Source of the DNA: an uncultured Candidatus Sumerlaeota bacterium
GTDB lineage: Bacteria > CAYMEV01
NCBI GenBank assembly: GCA_964389675.1
Contig: CAYMEV010000019.1
Span: 59,383 to 79,382 of the forward strand
Reading direction: 5' to 3'
DNA: 20,000 nucleotides
Shown here one piece after another: positions 16,855-20,000 of this stretch. The notes beneath the pieces are model-generated. The model was not told the origin of the DNA and searched no databases. It saw nothing but the letters and a program-made list of their open reading frames with translations. Positions within the stretch are counted from its first letter, which is position 1; each line of letters opens with the position of its first letter. The translations under genes and the position numbers were made by a program.

Positions 16855-17599
16855 TTTTGCTTATTATCTGTTTATATATTTTTGTCAGATCATGATCAGG
16901 ATTCCTGAATGAGAATATGCCCTCGCTTGCAAGCTCCATCATATCATCAGAATGAGGGACAACAGCAAATACCGGGCATCTGTAAGTCTTCTCCACCTTT
17001 TTCATTATATCATCAGTACTGAATTTAAGTGGAGACTTATTTACAATGAGAGCCATTTTCGGGATCTCAAGCTGTCTTGCGATCTCAATGGTGATATCCG
17101 TACCCTGGTAATCCTGGTGGTCAGGCCTGAGTATAATGATCAGCAGGTCTGAAAGAGCTATTACAATGAGTGTATCGTCACTGAGCCCCGGATGCGTGTC
17201 AATGAGAAGATAGTCAAGCTTAAGCTCTGATATGGCATTCTGAAACCCCTCATTCAGCATATTGACATCATAACCTTCATGAAGTACCCTTGTTATATCG
17301 TCAGTATCGACACTGGAGGGTATCAGGAACAACTCGCCTCCGTTCTGGATCTTCAGCCCGTCCTTCATGCTGTATGAAGCCTTCCTGATAGTGCAGTTCC
17401 CCCACAGGTAGTCATTCAGCGAATAGGTAATATTCTGCTTATCCAGTCCGAAAGGTACATGTATGCCGGGAGACTGTATATCTGTATCAACAACCGCCAC
17501 CCTATAGCCATCCCCTGCAAGAAGATAGGCTATATTGGCCGTAGTATTCGTCTTGCCGGTACCTCCCCGAAAGGAATGAATTGAAATAGTCTTACCCAT
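16841..17599 (-). CDS. MinD/ParA-family ATPase
   Basis: Deviant Walker A SFRGGTGKT (Arg in place of the signature Lys), VVDTDIQSPG, DYLLIDTHPG and IVNK. Confidence 0.92.
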   Translation of the reverse strand: MGKTISIHSFRGGTGKTNTTANIAYLLAGDGYRVAVVDTDIQSPGIHVPFGLDKQNITYSLNDYLWGNCTIRKASYSMKDGLKIQNGGELFLIPSSVDTDDITRVLHEGYDVNMLNEGFQNAISELKLDYLLIDTHPGLSDDTLIVIALSDLLIIILRPDHQDYQGTDITIEIARQLEIPKMALIVNKSPLKFSTDDIMKKVEKTYRCPVFAVVPHSDDMMELASEGIFSFRNPDHDLTKIYKQIISKIESF

Positions 17600-17748
17600 A
17601 AAAATTATCCATACACTACATTTATCTCACACCTATCATATTACAAAAAATGGCTTTTTCAAAGAAAAACCATGACCATCTGATGATACCCGGGAAATAC
17701 AATTTTATTGACAGCAAAGCCTAACTGGATAATCATCATGTATCTGAA

Positions 17749-17973
17749 ATGAAAGACAGGAATAATATAAGATCCATCATATATATATCATTATTCTGGT
17801 CTTTTCTTATTTCTTCCATAACTGCAGTTTCTACATTCAGTCAGAATCCGGACATACTGCTTTTCCAGGCAAGGTTTTATCTGTTCCTGTTCTGCTTTTT
17901 TTCAAACCTTCTCATCTTTGCAGGTATAAGCACTGCAGTATTTATCATCAAATACAGGAAAACTGAATTATAA
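17749..17973 (+). CDS. Small hypothetical membrane protein (2 TM)
   Basis: 74-aa ORF with two hydrophobic segments flanked by basic residues; no clear RBS and no family recognised. Confidence 0.45.
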   Translation: MKDRNNIRSIIYISLFWSFLISSITAVSTFSQNPDILLFQARFYLFLFCFFSNLLIFAGISTAVFIIKYRKTEL

Positions 17974-18054
17974 CCAGAAAGCAATAATATATATTGTTTT
18001 TCTTGCCGCCTTCAGATAGGAAAATTTGTTTAGACACCATAATAATATGCAAAG

Positions 18055-18074
18055 ATTTCTATTTTGTTTTGACA
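18055..18074 (+). repeat. 20-bp IS terminal repeat, copy 2 (isolated ISNCY-like end)
   Basis: ATTTCTATTTTGTTTTGACA is the exact reverse complement of 1370-1389; no transposase is adjacent. Confidence 0.85.
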
Positions 18075-18089
18075 ACTGATTAATATTCC

Positions 18090-18119
18090 TTGACATCATG
18101 CAGATTATTATGTTAACAT
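18090..18119 (+). promoter_or_regulatory. Sigma70-type promoter for the metallopeptidase gene
   Basis: TTGACA (18090-18095), 18-bp spacer, TG-n-TAACAT (extended -10, 18111-18119); GAGG RBS at 18147-18150 before ATG 18160. Confidence 0.55.
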
Positions 18120-18159
18120 GATATATTGGAGTATTATTAAATTAGAGAGGTATTAAAGA

Positions 18160-20000
18160 ATGTTCAAATCCAAACAAATCCAAACAAATCCAAACAAATC
18201 CAAACAATAGTCCTGCTATTGACCCTGCTACTATCTCTAGCTATTTATGCTGATGATTCCAATTTGCATTATCTTATTACAGAAGAAAAGCTAAGAGAAG
18301 GCCAGATTTCTCAAGAGATTAAGGCTCTTTATTCACCATTTCTTCAAATCAGGGCTATCGAAATAAATCCTATTTTATCAATGGAGCAAAGCTTAAAAAA
18401 GGGTGATAAGATAATCATTAATCTGGAAGAAGATAAAGCATATCATGCAACATTAACAAAATTTAGTAAATCTAAGCATGGTTCCATCATTATCGTAGCC
18501 AAAGTGGATAATGCCTTCTATAGCAGATTTATACTAATAACCAATAAAAGCAGTAGCATAGGGATCTTTGAAATTATTGATGAGAATTTTGAAGTATATT
18601 TTTTTAATACCGCACCCTTTGACAACAGGACATACATTATCCAGTACGATCCGAGTGAGGATAATAAATCTATATGTCTGCCTTATGATCCCAGTTTTCT
18701 TTTTGGCAATACAAAGGCTGAAAATGAGAAAAGCCCATTTACTTGCCGGGAAAAATCCAAAGACGATGATCCATATCATCTTGAAATAAACATTTACCCA
18801 CCTGGTTCTGGTTCCTTATACAAATTAAATAATAACAACGGATTATACACGTCAGTCCTTTGTCAAAATGGTTATGATAATTATCATTTGCCTGGGGACA
18901 TTTTGGATTTCTTAGTAACACCAGATAGGATACCTGATTCCGCTGGTGGTTCTGAATCTGTTTTATATAATGAATATAATTTCTTTAAGGAGTGGACCAG
19001 CGGAAACGGCAACGAAATTACCGAAATTATTGAGGTTGACTATTTACAACTGGAAAAGAAAAAACAAAGATACTTTCAATTTCAAATGCCGTCTGAAGAT
19101 TTAGCACTTACTGCGAATTTTATAATTCCTGACCAGTTAAATGTTCCTGATGACACCATTGATCTAATGATTGTTTATACCAGCAAGGCCCAGGACTATA
19201 TAGAGACATTATATAAAAGCGGAATTAATAATTTTATGGATTATTTGATCCAATACCTAAATGAATCCTTATATAGTAGCGCGGTTAATATAAATATAAA
19301 CCTTATACGTCACCGATTAGTCAGCTATGATGAGTCAGAAGACTTTACTGAGAACCTTGATCGCATTATTCATCCAGAAGACGGCTATTTAGATATTGTG
19401 CTGGAAGAGAGGAATATGATTAGCGCAGATCTAGTGGCTTTAATAGTTAGAGATGCACAGCATGAAGAAGATAAAAATGGTTATATACTGGGAAAAGCTG
19501 GTAGCCTGAGAGAGAAGGAGCTCTATCCTGGCTCTTATAGGGGTAATCCGGGTGATGGTGATATTAATACTTATTTTGACTTACAAAATATAAATATTTG
19601 CCGATGGGATAAAATCTATGATATATCACCTGAGAAAGAATTTGTAAGTATAATTTCACTTTGTCATCCCGAGCAGAGTAATCCTTATAATTATCTTCTG
19701 ACATTTACCCATGAAATAGGACATAATCTTGGTGCAGGCCATCATGAAAAGCAGTATAGGCCAGGTCCCCAAATGTACGAAAGACATGATATTCCGGAAT
19801 ATACAGGATATTCAAAGGCATATAATTTAAGAAGGTCCTCGGACGGAAAATATTTTAGAACTGTTATGGCAAGCCAAAGAATAATTATGGGAATTGAACA
19901 TGTACAAATTGGAATGTTTTCCAACCCTGACATAACCATTGGTTTAGGAGCTTATCTGGGAGATTTCTACTCTGATGGAACTGATGCTCATAATAATGCC
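18160..20000 (+). CDS. Secreted reprolysin-like/metzincin zinc metallopeptidase, 5' end frameshifted by a tandem repeat, runs off window end
   Basis: Absent from the ORF track because it has no stop in the window. One frame is open from 18141 to 20000: TIVLLLTLLLSLAIYA|DD signal h-region, then IDLMIVYT..A, ADLVALIV, TFTHEIGHNLGAGH (HExxHxxGxxH, 19710-19742), Met-turn TVMA (19860-19871) and FSNP. ATG 18160 is in another frame and stops at TAG 18208-18210. First in-frame ATG is at 18381. Confidence 0.88.
18165..18207 (+). repeat. Tandem repeat (CAAATCCAAA)x4 plus partial CAA
   Basis: Four perfect 10-bp units at 18165-18204, immediately after the ATG at 18160. Confidence 0.97.

Noticed and set aside
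3160-17152. Numerous antisense or overlapping short ORFs in the track (e.g. 3448-3834, 7100-7594, 8158-8655, 12799-13449)
   Set aside because: They are shadows of well-supported genes on the opposite strand or in another frame, with no motifs or RBS.
16841-17599. Cell-division minD or partition parA
   Set aside because: No minC/minE or parB adjacent, RGGTGK variant of Walker A, and operon context with a HAMP protein.
18091-18118. dif/XerCD-like site (TTATGTTAACA resembles the XerD arm), relevant because some IS1202-family elements target such sites
   Set aside because: No credible XerC arm, no equivalent at the left IS end, and the sequence is explained by the promoter.
18165-18207. CRISPR array
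   Set aside because: Contiguous 10-bp units with no spacers and no cas genes; it is a simple tandem repeat.
18534-19939. Short ORFs 18534-18779, 18568-18789, 18739-18921 and 19742-19939
   Set aside because: All lie within the long metallopeptidase reading frame that the track missed.

Overview
Bacterial window, probably from an anaerobe (taxon not determinable), with AT-rich flanks carrying mobile-element debris around a ~15 kb core. The left flank (1-2900) has remnants of IS91-, ISNCY/IS1202-like and IS3-family transposases plus a secreted Cys-rich orphan gene. The core encodes an NTF2-like exported protein, a CPBP/CAAX protease, thiF-thiS and an unusual two-gene tungsten/molybdopterin aldehyde:ferredoxin oxidoreductase (AOR/WOR). 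The AOR catalytic subunit is split at its domain linker, with a HydC-HydB/HydA'-type (NuoE-NuoF/NuoG') flavin electron-bifurcation module fused inside it. The core also has an ABC exporter and a tightly coupled four-gene operon: MinD-like ATPase, ECF S-component-HAMP sensor-like protein, 850-aa divergent SAH-hydrolase-like protein and exported cupin. The right end holds a large secreted reprolysin-like zinc metallopeptidase missing from the ORF track. Its signal peptide is out of frame because of a (CAAATCCAAA)4 repeat, a candidate phase-variation switch. A perfect 20-bp IS-end inverted repeat pair brackets 1370-18074, and each end lies exactly 15 bp upstream of a predicted sigma70 -35 box. 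All family assignments come from motif recognition by eye; no searches were run.
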